64,000 nt of DNA from Bdellovibrionales bacterium (GTDB lineage: Bacteria > Bdellovibrionota > Bdellovibrionia > Bdellovibrionales > JAGQZY01), in assembly GCA_964230645.1 (NCBI GenBank), contig CAXRHT010000002.1:256001-320000 (forward strand). The letters are read 5' to 3'. Within the stretch, counting starts at the first letter, position 1. The number at the start of each line of letters is the position of its first letter. The notes under the pieces were generated by a model. It was not told the DNA's origin and ran no database searches. It saw only the letters and a program-made list of their open reading frames with translations. The position numbers and the translations under genes were made by a program. Below are positions 28,026 through 38,014 of this stretch, in pieces.

Positions 28026-28892
28026 TTAATTTTCAAGAGCTTGGAACGTCACCCTGTCAGGACTCGGGAGTGTGGTGTAGTTAAAAAATAACACCCTCAA
28101 GTTTCTTTTCTTTTTTGCGCCAGATCGATCACTTCTTTCGGAGAGCAGAATAAGCTTTTCGATAGCAGAATGTAAAATCCCAATAGCTTCTTCAAACTCC
28201 TCGTCAGAGAGAAAAGAGTTGAAAAGTGAGAAGCGGTTATCTCTACCCTTAGGGAGCCGCATGGTGTTTTGCAAAAAAGGAAGAAGGTCCAGATAGGCTC
28301 CCCTACCGAGTTTCGTTAGCTTTCTATTTTTGTCATTATTAATACTCAGAAAATCCCCTGACCTCTCAATAACTCCAATATCTCGATTAAGAAAGCGGAG
28401 TCTTTCATAAACGACACTGTCGGCAAAAAAATGGCTAAAGACTTTTCTTACCTGCGACCAAGTCACTTGTTTGTTACCTCTAATAAATTCAATGATAATT
28501 TTATCTATGGAGCTTAAGCTAGGGATCTCAGCAAACTGATCCTGCCAGAATTCTAAAATAAAACGGTTGGATCTTAAATAGGTCTCTTTTTCATCCGCCT
28601 CTTTACCCTCTGCAAGAAGAAGGTTTAACAAAAATTGCTCTTCCATGGCCGAAAAGTTTTCGTTGGCTAAAATCCTTTTGTACAATTCAAAGTTAAATTT
28701 TCTTTTGCCTCGCAAAACATCAGAAACAAAGGAAGGTGTTTTATAACCCAAAAATGTAGAAAGTTTTCGAATGGAGTATTTTTTATTTTTTTGGCTCTTG
28801 AAATCATAATAGACCTTAAAAAAGTCGCCCGCTGTCACGCACTGACGCAATTGTTCTATTATGTATTTAGAGTCCATTGACTGATGCAACAT
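28026..28892 (-). CDS. TIGR02147-like HTH protein (Bdellovibrionota-expanded family)
   Basis: KSQKNKKYSIRKLSTFLGYKTPSFVSDVLRGKRK N-terminal HTH. Confidence 0.7.
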   Translation of the reverse strand: MLHQSMDSKYIIEQLRQCVTAGDFFKVYYDFKSQKNKKYSIRKLSTFLGYKTPSFVSDVLRGKRKFNFELYKRILANENFSAMEEQFLLNLLLAEGKEADEKETYLRSNRFILEFWQDQFAEIPSLSSIDKIIIEFIRGNKQVTWSQVRKVFSHFFADSVVYERLRFLNRDIGVIERSGDFLSINNDKNRKLTKLGRGAYLDLLPFLQNTMRLPKGRDNRFSLFNSFLSDEEFEEAIGILHSAIEKLILLSERSDRSGAKKKRNLRVLFFNYTTLPSPDRVTFQALEN

Positions 28893-28955
28893 AGTGGCTG
28901 CTTACCAAAAGAGAAGGGATCGATCGAGAAGTCTTTGTCACCAGACGCTGTTTAG

Positions 28956-29023
28956 AAAAAAAACCTCGTCAACGAAACTACTGACGAGGCACTCATTTGA
29001 ATATAATGGACTTTGAGTCCTAG
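28956..29023 (-). ncRNA. Candidate small RNA or attenuator leader
   Basis: Minus-strand ATGAAA-N17-TAAACT promoter, GGACT-CAA-AGTCC hairpin, then a CCTCGTCA...TGACGAGG-U8 terminator, with no minus-strand gene upstream. Confidence 0.4.
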
Positions 29024-29123
29024 AGCTAAAGTTTACAATATTTGCACATTTATTTCATTTTTGTGTGATTCAATTAGATGGGCTTTCTATAAAATAGGGG
29101 CATAACTGGGTCACGGAGGATCT

Positions 29124-29429
29124 ATGTTGAAGTTTTTAGTAGTCAGTATTATCGGTATCAGCTTTTATACGACTCATTTGAAAGCCAAGGATGATACACC
29201 TAAAGAAAAACCCCGTAAAAGTGTAGAAAATTGGTATCGCAACCAGACTAGGCGCCCAGCCAGCGTCGTCGTTACTGATTATTATATTCTTAAAAGTGAT
29301 GATTTTAACTTCTCTCCTACGGAATCCACCTCTATCCATAAACAGTATACCTGTAGCACAATCGCCTCCGGGCAAGGAATTCCTGAGTCTGCCTTGGAAC
29401 CAAAACAAACAAAAAGGACAGCGAGATGA
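29124..29429 (+). CDS. Small secreted hypothetical protein with RRPAS motif
   Basis: GGAGG RBS, signal peptide (LKA-K), downstream terminator. Confidence 0.6.
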   Translation: MLKFLVVSIIGISFYTTHLKAKDDTPKEKPRKSVENWYRNQTRRPASVVVTDYYILKSDDFNFSPTESTSIHKQYTCSTIASGQGIPESALEPKQTKRTAR

Positions 29430-29452
29430 CTACTAAATAGTCCCAACGACAA

Positions 29453-29486
29453 GGCTCCCTTTCGTCCCATGGGAGTCTTTTTTTTT
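29453..29486 (+). terminator. Intrinsic terminator
   Basis: GGCTCCC...GGGAGTC hairpin followed by a T-run. Confidence 0.6.
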
Positions 29487-29496
29487 AAACAAAGGA

Positions 29497-30000
29497 GTGC
29501 TCATCATGAAGGGCTTAAAGATTTTAATTGTTTCAGCATTATTATTTTCCTGCTTTTCCGCATGGGCAGAAAGTCTACAAAAAACTAAAATCCCTTTTCA
29601 CTCCTCTCATACCGGCGAGCAGACGGAGTCATCCTATCTTGAATTCTCGAATAAAAAAATAAAGCAAGTTCAACGAAGCCTCAATCAAAATGGTCACAAC
29701 CTACAAATCGATGGGATCCTGGGCCCGAATACTAAAATGGCCCTAAGGGATTTTCAAAAAAAACATCGCCTCCTCGCTAGTGGATCACTAACACCTAATA
29801 CTCTTTCCACCTTAGGAATAGAAAACGCCACAGCCTCCCAAACTCGAAAACCTGCCAGTATTCAGCAGGACCCTAGTTCTTTGGAGGTCGAAGAGGATGA
29901 TCAAAGATTTCGAGAAAAATTGAAAAAAGAGAAGGAACTGGATTATGAAGAGCTCGATGTTGAAATCCCTATCAACTCTACCCCTATTGATAATTACTGA
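29497..30000 (+). CDS. Secreted peptidoglycan-binding domain (PG_binding_1) protein
   Basis: VQRSL..IDGILGPNTKMALRDFQKKHRL..SG motif, signal peptide and RKPAS. Confidence 0.85.
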   Translation: MLIMKGLKILIVSALLFSCFSAWAESLQKTKIPFHSSHTGEQTESSYLEFSNKKIKQVQRSLNQNGHNLQIDGILGPNTKMALRDFQKKHRLLASGSLTPNTLSTLGIENATASQTRKPASIQQDPSSLEVEEDDQRFREKLKKEKELDYEELDVEIPINSTPIDNY

Positions 30001-30194
30001 GCGAGACGTTAGTCCTGTGTCTTCATTGAGATGTTACCAATAAGATCCGTCAAGATGCGCTCCTACTCACCATGACACAACCCTACTGAGCGTTTTAATT
30101 ATCAGGACAAAATGAGCGGGACCTGACCACACCTTTGTGAAGCTTTCTTCACAATTAATGGAATTTTCCTTAACAATTTGCTAACCTGTAAGAC

Positions 30195-30986
30195 GTGTTC
30201 AGTTCTAGAATCTACAACCTTTTTAGTCTATTCATTCTGATTGCTCTTTTACCGGTATCAGTCAATGCTGGCGGTTCTAATAATGACTTTTTTAAAATAG
30301 CGGTCATCGATACGGGCTGTGATTTTGACCATCCTCTTTTAGAGTCTTATGTGCGCCTCCCTAGTCTTCGCGACGGTAAAGATGAGACCGGCCACGGTAC
30401 TCATATTGCGGGCATCATCGTGCGCGGTCTGCAGGAAAAAAAAATAGATAAAAAATTAGAAATAGTACCGATCAAGTTTTTTGAAAACTCAGACAGTGAT
30501 TCCGAATTAACCAAGTCTTTTGCTCATGCCTTGAGACGAGCCATTGATCTTGATGTTCAAATTATCCATGTTTCAGCTGGTGGACCACAACCCAGTGAAC
30601 TAGAGCTCAACCTCCTCCTTGAAGCACAAAGAAAAGGGATTCTCGTGGTAGCCGCTGCTGGCAACAAGCGCCCCAAAGACCCGACTTATTCTTTTTATCC
30701 CGCCGCTTACCCTTTGGATCACGTTATTTCTGTGGTCGGTACCGATCAAAGAGGAAACCGGCTTCTTACCAGTAATATTAATTACGGTAAAAAGAACCTC
30801 TATTTTCCAGGTGAAAATATTCTCTCTTCACTACCAGGGGAGCGCTTTGGGCGCCTCACAGGATCCTCGCAAGCCGCTGCCAAAGCGACCGTTTTAATTG
30901 CCTCTTTATGGATCAGTGAAGGTCAGGCCCAGGCTTTTAAAAAAGTGATTCCTGACTCTGCCATGCAAGCCAATAACAACCACTAG
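30195..30986 (+). CDS. S8 subtilisin-like serine peptidase, compact
   Basis: AVIDTG, GHGTHIAGII, VAAAGN and GSSQAA motifs; signal peptide. Confidence 0.88.
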   Translation: MFSSRIYNLFSLFILIALLPVSVNAGGSNNDFFKIAVIDTGCDFDHPLLESYVRLPSLRDGKDETGHGTHIAGIIVRGLQEKKIDKKLEIVPIKFFENSDSDSELTKSFAHALRRAIDLDVQIIHVSAGGPQPSELELNLLLEAQRKGILVVAAAGNKRPKDPTYSFYPAAYPLDHVISVVGTDQRGNRLLTSNINYGKKNLYFPGENILSSLPGERFGRLTGSSQAAAKATVLIASLWISEGQAQAFKKVIPDSAMQANNNH

Positions 30987-30989
30987 TTC

Positions 30990-31769
30990 TTAATTAGGAC
31001 AGCGACTTTTCTCTTTATTAGCTCGGTAGATATCCATGTATCGTGGCGCTAACTCACTTAATTTTTGAATTCTAGTTTCGGGACTGGGGTGGGTAGATAA
31101 AAACTCTGGAGGCCCTCCGCCTTTTTGAGCCATTTTTCGCCAAAGCTCTGGAGCCTCTCTAGGGTCAAAGCCCGCTTGTGACATATATTTCACGCCGAGC
31201 TCGTCAGCCTCTGACTCATGCTTTCGACTAAAAGGCAAAAGCACTCCCACTTGGGCTCCTAATCCCATAGCTCCTAAAAGAAGACGATCTGTCGTCTTAC
31301 TTTGACCAAGGGCAATTTGTGCCACTGCCATCCCCCCTTGCACCGCCATTTGCTGGGAAGCTCTCTCGTTTCCATGCTCTGCAATCACGTGGGCAATCTC
31401 ATGTCCAATCACCGCGGCCAACTGGCCGTTGTTATCCACTAAATCGATCATACCCGTGTGCACTCCAAAGTTATTGCCTGGAAGGGCAAAAGCATTGGGT
31501 TCATCGGCTTTAAAGACATTGATATCCCAGTCGCTAGGATTTTTACCCATGGCCTTTAAAAGGGCATCTGATATACAGCGCACTCGTTTATGCTCAGGAG
31601 AACTCTCAGAAAGTGTGGGCTGCTTTTTCACCATGTCAGAAAAAGCCGAATCCCCCATCTGATTCATTTGGTCTGAGGGCAAGGCGGTAAACTGCTTTCT
31701 GCCTGTAGGCGAAGTTGAGCAAGAAACTAGAAAAAATAGGCCGACGATAAAAAATGTGAAATTTCTCAT
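30990..31769 (-). CDS. M48 family metallopeptidase lipoprotein
   Basis: LVSC lipobox, NAFALPG, HEIAH, HESEAD and LSTHP. Confidence 0.95.
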   Translation of the reverse strand: MRNFTFFIVGLFFLVSCSTSPTGRKQFTALPSDQMNQMGDSAFSDMVKKQPTLSESSPEHKRVRCISDALLKAMGKNPSDWDINVFKADEPNAFALPGNNFGVHTGMIDLVDNNGQLAAVIGHEIAHVIAEHGNERASQQMAVQGGMAVAQIALGQSKTTDRLLLGAMGLGAQVGVLLPFSRKHESEADELGVKYMSQAGFDPREAPELWRKMAQKGGGPPEFLSTHPSPETRIQKLSELAPRYMDIYRANKEKSRCPN

Positions 31770-31877
31770 AGTTAAAAATTAGTCTTTTTCACCAACGAAG
31801 ACTTTCACCTTAGTTGCTGATATTGTTTAGGAATATCCACAATTCGAGGAGAACTCCTTGGCCCTTATTTCTTAGGC

Positions 31878-31902
31878 AAAAAAAAAGCTTCCCAAAGGAA
31901 GC
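31878..31902 (-). terminator. Intrinsic terminator for 31934..32239
   Basis: Minus strand GCTTCC-TTTG-GGAAGC followed by U9. Confidence 0.65.
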
Positions 31903-31933
31903 CCTTTCTTTTCAATGGCTCTCGGCAATGATT

Positions 31934-32239
31934 TTAGTTACAGATCACGTGACCCTCATGGGTCGTTCCCGCACCAACAGCAAAAGAAACTTTATATACT
32001 TTTGCTTCACCTTTATCGCTGGCATAAACCAATTGCGACTCCATTCCAGTCTCAAAACTAGTTCCTTCTAATTCAACGTTAATAATTTCATCACTGGGTA
32101 AATAGTCATAGTCTGGACCGAGCTCAATTTTTAAATTTTGATCAGCACTGGAACAAGATATGTTCGCCCCGGTTTGCACGGTTTGAGCAAAAGAATTCAG
32201 CGACATTAAAAACACAGCAAGACTTAAAGCGGATTTCAT
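31934..32239 (-). CDS. Small secreted two-Cys hypothetical protein
   Basis: AGGAGG RBS, signal peptide (SFA-Q), Cys near each end. Confidence 0.7.
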   Translation of the reverse strand: MKSALSLAVFLMSLNSFAQTVQTGANISCSSADQNLKIELGPDYDYLPSDEIINVELEGTSFETGMESQLVYASDKGEAKVYKVSFAVGAGTTHEGHVICN

Positions 32240-32401
32240 ATAAACCTCCTAAGGGGTATTTGGGATTGAAAGAACTCTAAAGTAAACGAAGATTTCTAGA
32301 AATATTTTTCCTTGAGACATGTACAAATTACTGGACTGCTAGTTCTCTAGTGTCAAAAGTTTCGACAGTCAAAAAGATCACATCTACAACTAGCGAAGAG
32401 T

Positions 32402-33037
32402 TTAGATCAATTTCTTTAAAATCAATTGATAATCCATAAAGATAATCTCAAACTGCTCTTCTTTTTCCTTCATAAACTGAGTCAAAGCTTCCCTGACAGG
32501 AAAACCGCCTGTTTTTTTATCTTTCCAACGATAGTCATCAAAAATTAATAAGCCTCTTTTTTTCAAAAGTCCCCAGCTTGCTTGGGCATCCTGCATTACC
32601 GAAGAGGTTTGATGACTGCCATCGACATAGATCAAATCAAAACAGCTCCCATGCACTTGTGCTAAGGCTTCACCTGAGCTCATTGCTAAAAACTCTACCT
32701 GTGCTTTAAAGTACCCTTTACTATAGTTTTCCCAAAATTTTCTTTGCGAGTCGGGGTCAGAGTCGACGCAATAAAGTTCATCCTCAGGTTTTACTAATAA
32801 ATTCTCTAGCAACCAAAGGGCTGATCGCCCCTCAAAGGTTCCTATCTCAAGGGCTTTTATTTTTTCGTCAGTATTTAGATTGGGACCGACATATTTTTCC
32901 CAAATCGGAATATTCCAAGAAAACCAATCTGTCGAAAAATCATAGTTATTTCTATAGGGCGCTGAGATCCACTGAGTCCAAAGCTTGTACCTAATATATT
33001 TTAAAACGAATTCAATTCGATCGGAATTCATTCTCAT
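32402..33037 (-). CDS. Class I SAM-dependent methyltransferase (Methyltransf_24-like)
   Basis: LEIGTFEGRS, FDLIYVDGSH and LIFDDY. Confidence 0.9.
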   Translation of the reverse strand: MRMNSDRIEFVLKYIRYKLWTQWISAPYRNNYDFSTDWFSWNIPIWEKYVGPNLNTDEKIKALEIGTFEGRSALWLLENLLVKPEDELYCVDSDPDSQRKFWENYSKGYFKAQVEFLAMSSGEALAQVHGSCFDLIYVDGSHQTSSVMQDAQASWGLLKKRGLLIFDDYRWKDKKTGGFPVREALTQFMKEKEEQFEIIFMDYQLILKKLI

Positions 33038-33168
33038 AGCCCTTTATTATAGGACATATTGTACAATTGGCACTCACTTTGTGTAATCTTTGCAGCTCTC
33101 CCCTAGCCACAACAATAATGCATTAATAATTGTTATACTATCTGTTGTTTAACTAAGGGGATAATAGA

Positions 33169-34317
33169 ATGAAACAAATTTTGAGTTTGTCGGTGGGGAC
33201 AGTTCTTTTATTTTTTTCGATAAATTCTCAAGGCCAGGACTATCAAGTGCTGAGCCTTGATCGGGACGAAAAAGAGCTTTTACAAAGACCTGAGAATGAT
33301 GAATTAAAAAACCAACTTTATTGTCACGGTGAAGAGCATATCGAGGAGTACTCTCAATTTATCAATACTCAAATCAAACCCCGACTGCGTAATGAAATCC
33401 CTCAGACCACTGAGGTGCATAGGGATCAGGAAGGTCGTCTGCTGAAGATGGCCGACCATATTAGCACTGGAGACCTTTTCCATGCTCACTTGAGAGTTCC
33501 CATTGAGGGCTTCCATTCGGATCATCAAAAACTGGCTCCTCGCTTTATGGACCCTCAAAGTTTTCATATTCAGTACCACTCTTTTGAGACCTACGATTTA
33601 TTCACCTCGGATTGGAAAAGAGAACTCCTTCAAATTAACAACCAAAACTTAAGGTCTTGGCTTGATGAAGTGCAAGCTTACCAAGACGAGAAGGCCTCTA
33701 TGGGAGACCCGGCTTTTGGATCTTTCCAGCCTGAGATCGAATCGAATCTGCAAGAGCTCACCAACAACGAGCTTGAAAGCTTTGCCTTAGCTTGGTTTGA
33801 ATTTCAACACACCAGAACCCCCTCCGAAGTAGAGTTGGACCAGTGGCTCCTAGTTCGCCTCAAAAATAAACTAGAAATGATCGATCCCAAAAACCTCACC
33901 GGTGGAAGTGAGATCATCTTAAGGGATCGCAGTTTTTTTACTCAAAACCAAAAATTTCATATTATCCCAGGGCTCAACCTTGAGGGTTACATTCAGTTTG
34001 CAAACATCTATTTTGCCCCAGTGGCACCGGTGCCCGGAGCTCAAGAGCTTCTTGATGAAGCCCGACAGGCTGGTATTAACATCCTCTATAATGTGAATAG
34101 TGAGAGATTTCCGCATGAAAACTTTCAATATATTGAAAATTCTCCCCTGCACTCAAGCTTAATGAGCAGTCTTTTCGAGAAATTTTCTGCGATGAACGAC
34201 CCCCATTACGTCTTCCATGAAAAGACCAAAAGAACTTTTGATCAAAGCGCTTTTTTAGCATTCATGTGGGACGATAAGTATATCTATGCGGTTCGCTACT
34301 CATTGCTTTGTGACTGA
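33169..34317 (+). CDS. Secreted hypothetical protein
   Basis: Long ORF with RBS and signal peptide; Cys near both termini. Confidence 0.7.
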   Translation: MKQILSLSVGTVLLFFSINSQGQDYQVLSLDRDEKELLQRPENDELKNQLYCHGEEHIEEYSQFINTQIKPRLRNEIPQTTEVHRDQEGRLLKMADHISTGDLFHAHLRVPIEGFHSDHQKLAPRFMDPQSFHIQYHSFETYDLFTSDWKRELLQINNQNLRSWLDEVQAYQDEKASMGDPAFGSFQPEIESNLQELTNNELESFALAWFEFQHTRTPSEVELDQWLLVRLKNKLEMIDPKNLTGGSEIILRDRSFFTQNQKFHIIPGLNLEGYIQFANIYFAPVAPVPGAQELLDEARQAGINILYNVNSERFPHENFQYIENSPLHSSLMSSLFEKFSAMNDPHYVFHEKTKRTFDQSAFLAFMWDDKYIYAVRYSLLCD

Positions 34318-34333
34318 AGAGATCTATTTAGGA

Positions 34334-35293
34334 CTACAGATTGTCTAAAGAGAATCGAATTTTGTCTTCAGCACTCATGTTTTTAGTATCAACCATGGCC
34401 ACTTTTTGCAGCCGTGGTAAGAGTCCCGTTTTGTTGGCAATTTGAATCGATAATCCAGGACGAGCGTTCATCTCTAAAATCAACGGCCCTCGGATGGGGT
34501 CGATCACGATATCCACTCCAAGATACTGAATGCGCGCAAGGCCTGAACACTGAGCCGCTACGGAGAGAACCTGCTTCCACATAGGAATTTCAAGACCAAC
34601 GAGTTCTCTATCGCCACAATCCGGGTGATGAACGATCCGCTTATTTTCCTGAACCGCACCGTTGATCTTTCCTGTCTGCAGATTGATTCCGCAACCCACA
34701 GCCCCTTGGTGCAGATTTCCCCGACCTCCCGAGGAGCGTGTAGGAAGTCTCACCATGGCCATCACCGGAAATCCTCGAAACAGGATCACTCGGATGTCAG
34801 GAATTCCTCGATAACTAATTTCCTTAAAGAAGGGGTGGATGGCGAGCTTCTCTTGGAAAATGGCACGATCCAACTGCCCGGCAAGAGAAAATACACCACT
34901 GAGAATCATTGAGATATAATAAATAAACTCGTCATAGGACATATCCGCCTGACGAGTGGTAATGATTTTGGTCTTCTTTTTAGACTCATTCCACTCCACT
35001 CCTTCAACGATAACAATCCCATTACCCATAGCCCCTTTAGCAGGCTTAACCACAAACTCTCCCGCATCTTTAATTTGAGCGTGAAGATTTTTGGTATCAC
35101 TAATGGCGGCAATAATCCCACGGGTTTTCGGATGGGGAATCCCTTTAGAGAGCAAAAGTTGGCTGGTGAGGAATTTATCATCCACTAAAGGGTAATCCCT
35201 TTTATTGTTATAAGGGAGAATGAAGTCTCGAATCCGGCGGTTGTTTCCAAGAACACCGGCCTTGGCTAGGTCACGAAAAGACACCATCTTCAT
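34334..35293 (-). CDS. Alpha-L-glutamate ligase-like ATP-grasp protein (RimK-related, TIGR02291-like)
   Basis: GVLGNNRR..YPLVDDK, VVKPAKGAMGNGI, GIPDIRVI, AMVRLPT..GRGNLHQGAVG and LEMNARPGLSIQIAN. Confidence 0.92.
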   Translation of the reverse strand: MKMVSFRDLAKAGVLGNNRRIRDFILPYNNKRDYPLVDDKFLTSQLLLSKGIPHPKTRGIIAAISDTKNLHAQIKDAGEFVVKPAKGAMGNGIVIVEGVEWNESKKKTKIITTRQADMSYDEFIYYISMILSGVFSLAGQLDRAIFQEKLAIHPFFKEISYRGIPDIRVILFRGFPVMAMVRLPTRSSGGRGNLHQGAVGCGINLQTGKINGAVQENKRIVHHPDCGDRELVGLEIPMWKQVLSVAAQCSGLARIQYLGVDIVIDPIRGPLILEMNARPGLSIQIANKTGLLPRLQKVAMVDTKNMSAEDKIRFSLDNL

Positions 35294-36890
35294 CTTCCTT
35301 TAACTGAGCAAAGCGAAAAAGCTCAAAGAGACGATAACCTCTATAACTACCGATCATTAAGTTTAAGCCGACGGCAAGAAGCAACATCTCTGGATTATTG
35401 AAAAGGAAAACCTTGAGCCATTTAAAAGCCAAAAGATAATAACAGAGGGCTGCGACCACGAAGGTTCCAAGAGAAGTCTTTAGGGTATTTGAAGCCCCCT
35501 CCTCTATGTAATAAATGCTAAATCTTTCGATAAAAACCGTGATGATGACAATGGGAAAATAGTTTAAGGTTTTATTGTTAACCGCTAATATTCCAAAGGA
35601 ATCGGCCGCAATCGCAAAAAGAATATATAGAAGAATCACTACGGCAAGAAGTATCGATAGCCTCGGCACTGCGAGCAAGTAGAACTTATCCAGCAGAGCT
35701 CTTTGCATAAGGCCCACTATCACCACTAAAAAGAGAAAAGAAAACCCAAACACAAAACTTGTTTCTAAAAAGAAAAGCGTCAGGAGGATGGGCATAAAAA
35801 TCCCAAACGTATTAATCCCTACAAAGACTCTTGCAAAAGAAAGGACAACAGTTCCAAAAGGAATAAGAACAATTCCAAGAAAGATCGATTGAATCGATAA
35901 AGAGAATCGGTGAAGAGAGAATATGGACCAGAAAGAGCTCAATTCACTGAGACTTTGCAACTGTTCCTTAGAGCTCATGGGGTCAAACTTCACTGGATCA
36001 AGAAGCATTCCAATAAGGTCTCTTCTCTCAAGAAAACTGGCAAAATTTTCGGTGTCTCGGCTGAGAATAATTTGGTTTCCCGTGACCTTTCCCATCAACC
36101 TTTTTTCTGGAAAAAGAGGGATCCACTGCCCTTCAATAAAAGCCTCGGTAAAAAACATACGGGTGTAGCGGATTTTCTCACCGGCCTTGCTATCAAGGAT
36201 TTGAATTCCAAAAGCAATTCTTGCTGGAATCCCGTTTAAGCGCGAAAGCCCCATAAGAGTTTGGGCTTGAGCCAAATAGCTACCACTGGCCAGATCGATC
36301 ACATCTTTAACGGTATGGGGCTCGGCTTTTAATACAATCTCGTCGGCTAAATAAAAGAAAAACTTCTCAAGCTTTGTCTCGGTCGTATCACTATGAAAAA
36401 CCAGGGTGTCTGAGAGTTTCTTGAGAAGCCCTAAGGTTTCCTCATCAAAATTGTCCATGGACAAATAGCGCATGCGGTCTTCGTAGTCCAAACGTACACT
36501 ACGGTCCCTAGCATTAATGAAATCATAGAACTCAGTATTAACGTCAAAATGAAGACTGGTTGTGCGACTCGCCCCACCTTCTTTGCCAAATTGTAACAGT
36601 GAAGGGGCGGACTCCTCTTCCGAGTCAGGAGAGATGGGTTTACCATTAATTGTGACATTCATCACTTCTTGCGAAGGAAGTGATTTTGGTACTGGAAGCA
36701 CATAGGGAGGTTCAATCTCTTGGCTATCAACCCGGTAAATATTCTCCCAGTTGAGCGACATTTCCACCTTCCAGAAGGTGGTGGCTTTCTTAGGAATAAG
36801 GCGCAAACCTAAAAATTGCGTTTTATATATCAGACTGGCCAATGGTAGCAGCACACAAAGGACGATCAGGGCTGTCTTCAAACGTTTCAA
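35271..36890 (-). CDS. Inactive transglutaminase-like domain fused to 7TM domain
   Basis: RLNGIPAR without a catalytic Cys. 7TM part has GINTFGIFMP, LLAVPRL, FPIVI..IER and YRGYRLFELFRF. Confidence 0.9.
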   Translation of the reverse strand: MKRLKTALIVLCVLLPLASLIYKTQFLGLRLIPKKATTFWKVEMSLNWENIYRVDSQEIEPPYVLPVPKSLPSQEVMNVTINGKPISPDSEEESAPSLLQFGKEGGASRTTSLHFDVNTEFYDFINARDRSVRLDYEDRMRYLSMDNFDEETLGLLKKLSDTLVFHSDTTETKLEKFFFYLADEIVLKAEPHTVKDVIDLASGSYLAQAQTLMGLSRLNGIPARIAFGIQILDSKAGEKIRYTRMFFTEAFIEGQWIPLFPEKRLMGKVTGNQIILSRDTENFASFLERRDLIGMLLDPVKFDPMSSKEQLQSLSELSSFWSIFSLHRFSLSIQSIFLGIVLIPFGTVVLSFARVFVGINTFGIFMPILLTLFFLETSFVFGFSFLFLVVIVGLMQRALLDKFYLLAVPRLSILLAVVILLYILFAIAADSFGILAVNNKTLNYFPIVIITVFIERFSIYYIEEGASNTLKTSLGTFVVAALCYYLLAFKWLKVFLFNNPEMLLLAVGLNLMIGSYRGYRLFELFRFAQLKEDEDGVFS

Positions 36891-37549
36891 CGTTTATCTC
36901 CTAGTAACCGTGACTGAGAGACGTCGACGATATAGTCGCCTAATAAAAGGTTACGTCCCACCAGAAAACGATGTCTTAGATTTTCCCGGTTATTCAGGTT
37001 GACGTTAACATCCAATTCTCTTTTTCCAAACAAAAGAGTCATTTTAACCACATAACGTCGTTCAACCACACCCGAGGTTCCTTTTACTTTTGACATCTCT
37101 ACTACCTTCTTCAAGTAGCGGTGGGGTTTGCCCTCCTCGTCGCGAGTGGTGAACTCAACATGCTTTTCGCCATCAATGGTTTTTTCGGTGATCTTTTCGG
37201 CATGTAGTGAGCAAGTTTGCGCTCCTGTATCGATTCGAGCGCGAAAGCTCACCTCAGGTGAAACAGAGGTAATCCATTCCACTCGTCCTATAACGATCTT
37301 TTTAAAAACCTTCTTTTTAAGTGTTTGTTGAGAGCGTGATTTGATTTTTCGGCTACCGAGCTGGATTTCTCGAAGCTCCGGCATGATTTCGTTACGGATG
37401 GTAAGAGTGACGTCCTCAGAGATTTCCGCGCGTGCTTGTTCAATCTCCTGCTGAACCATGCGGAGCTGATTGGGCGTAAGGTTATCGGGGGGCTTCGACT
37501 GACAACCTACAACAAGAAACAATAAGAACAATAGACCTAAACGTAACAA
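36887..37549 (-). CDS. RimB/ATP-dependent zinc protease-family (retropepsin-like) lipoprotein
   Basis: VVGC lipobox, IGRVEW, ARIDTGAQTCSLHA and LVGRNLL. Confidence 0.9.
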   Translation of the reverse strand: MLRLGLLFLLFLVVGCQSKPPDNLTPNQLRMVQQEIEQARAEISEDVTLTIRNEIMPELREIQLGSRKIKSRSQQTLKKKVFKKIVIGRVEWITSVSPEVSFRARIDTGAQTCSLHAEKITEKTIDGEKHVEFTTRDEEGKPHRYLKKVVEMSKVKGTSGVVERRYVVKMTLLFGKRELDVNVNLNNRENLRHRFLVGRNLLLGDYIVDVSQSRLLGDKR

Positions 37550-38014
37550 TATTCCCTAAGGTATTAAAAATTCTTAAATTCGGCAACACTGGACCCGGCA
37601 TGTTCAATACCCCTAGTCAGTCCAGAAACAGGCTACATTTTACTTTTTAAGACCTCGGAGAAACTTTCTGAGCCATGGGGGACTTTTTCCTCTTCATAAA
37701 GGTCCATGCTCCAACGAGGGTGAAGGAAATCCTCTTGTTGTTTTTTATAGAAAGTGCTTACTGCTTTAATTTTAGTCATTTTTGACCTCCGAAATATACT
37801 ACCAGTATAAAAATGGACGCTCCGGTTATCCTTGATCAGTTATGGACACCTCGTGTAAATTTCTGCAAATTTACTTCTGACTTTAACGCTCCTCGATGTT
37901 GGTCGAGGGGAGATTTTGCATGTAAAAGCACAAAGCGCCCATACGTGGTGTAAATCTTTGTTTTAAACTGTTCCTTCCTATGAACATTAATACTATTATG
38001 ACCGCGAGGATTTT

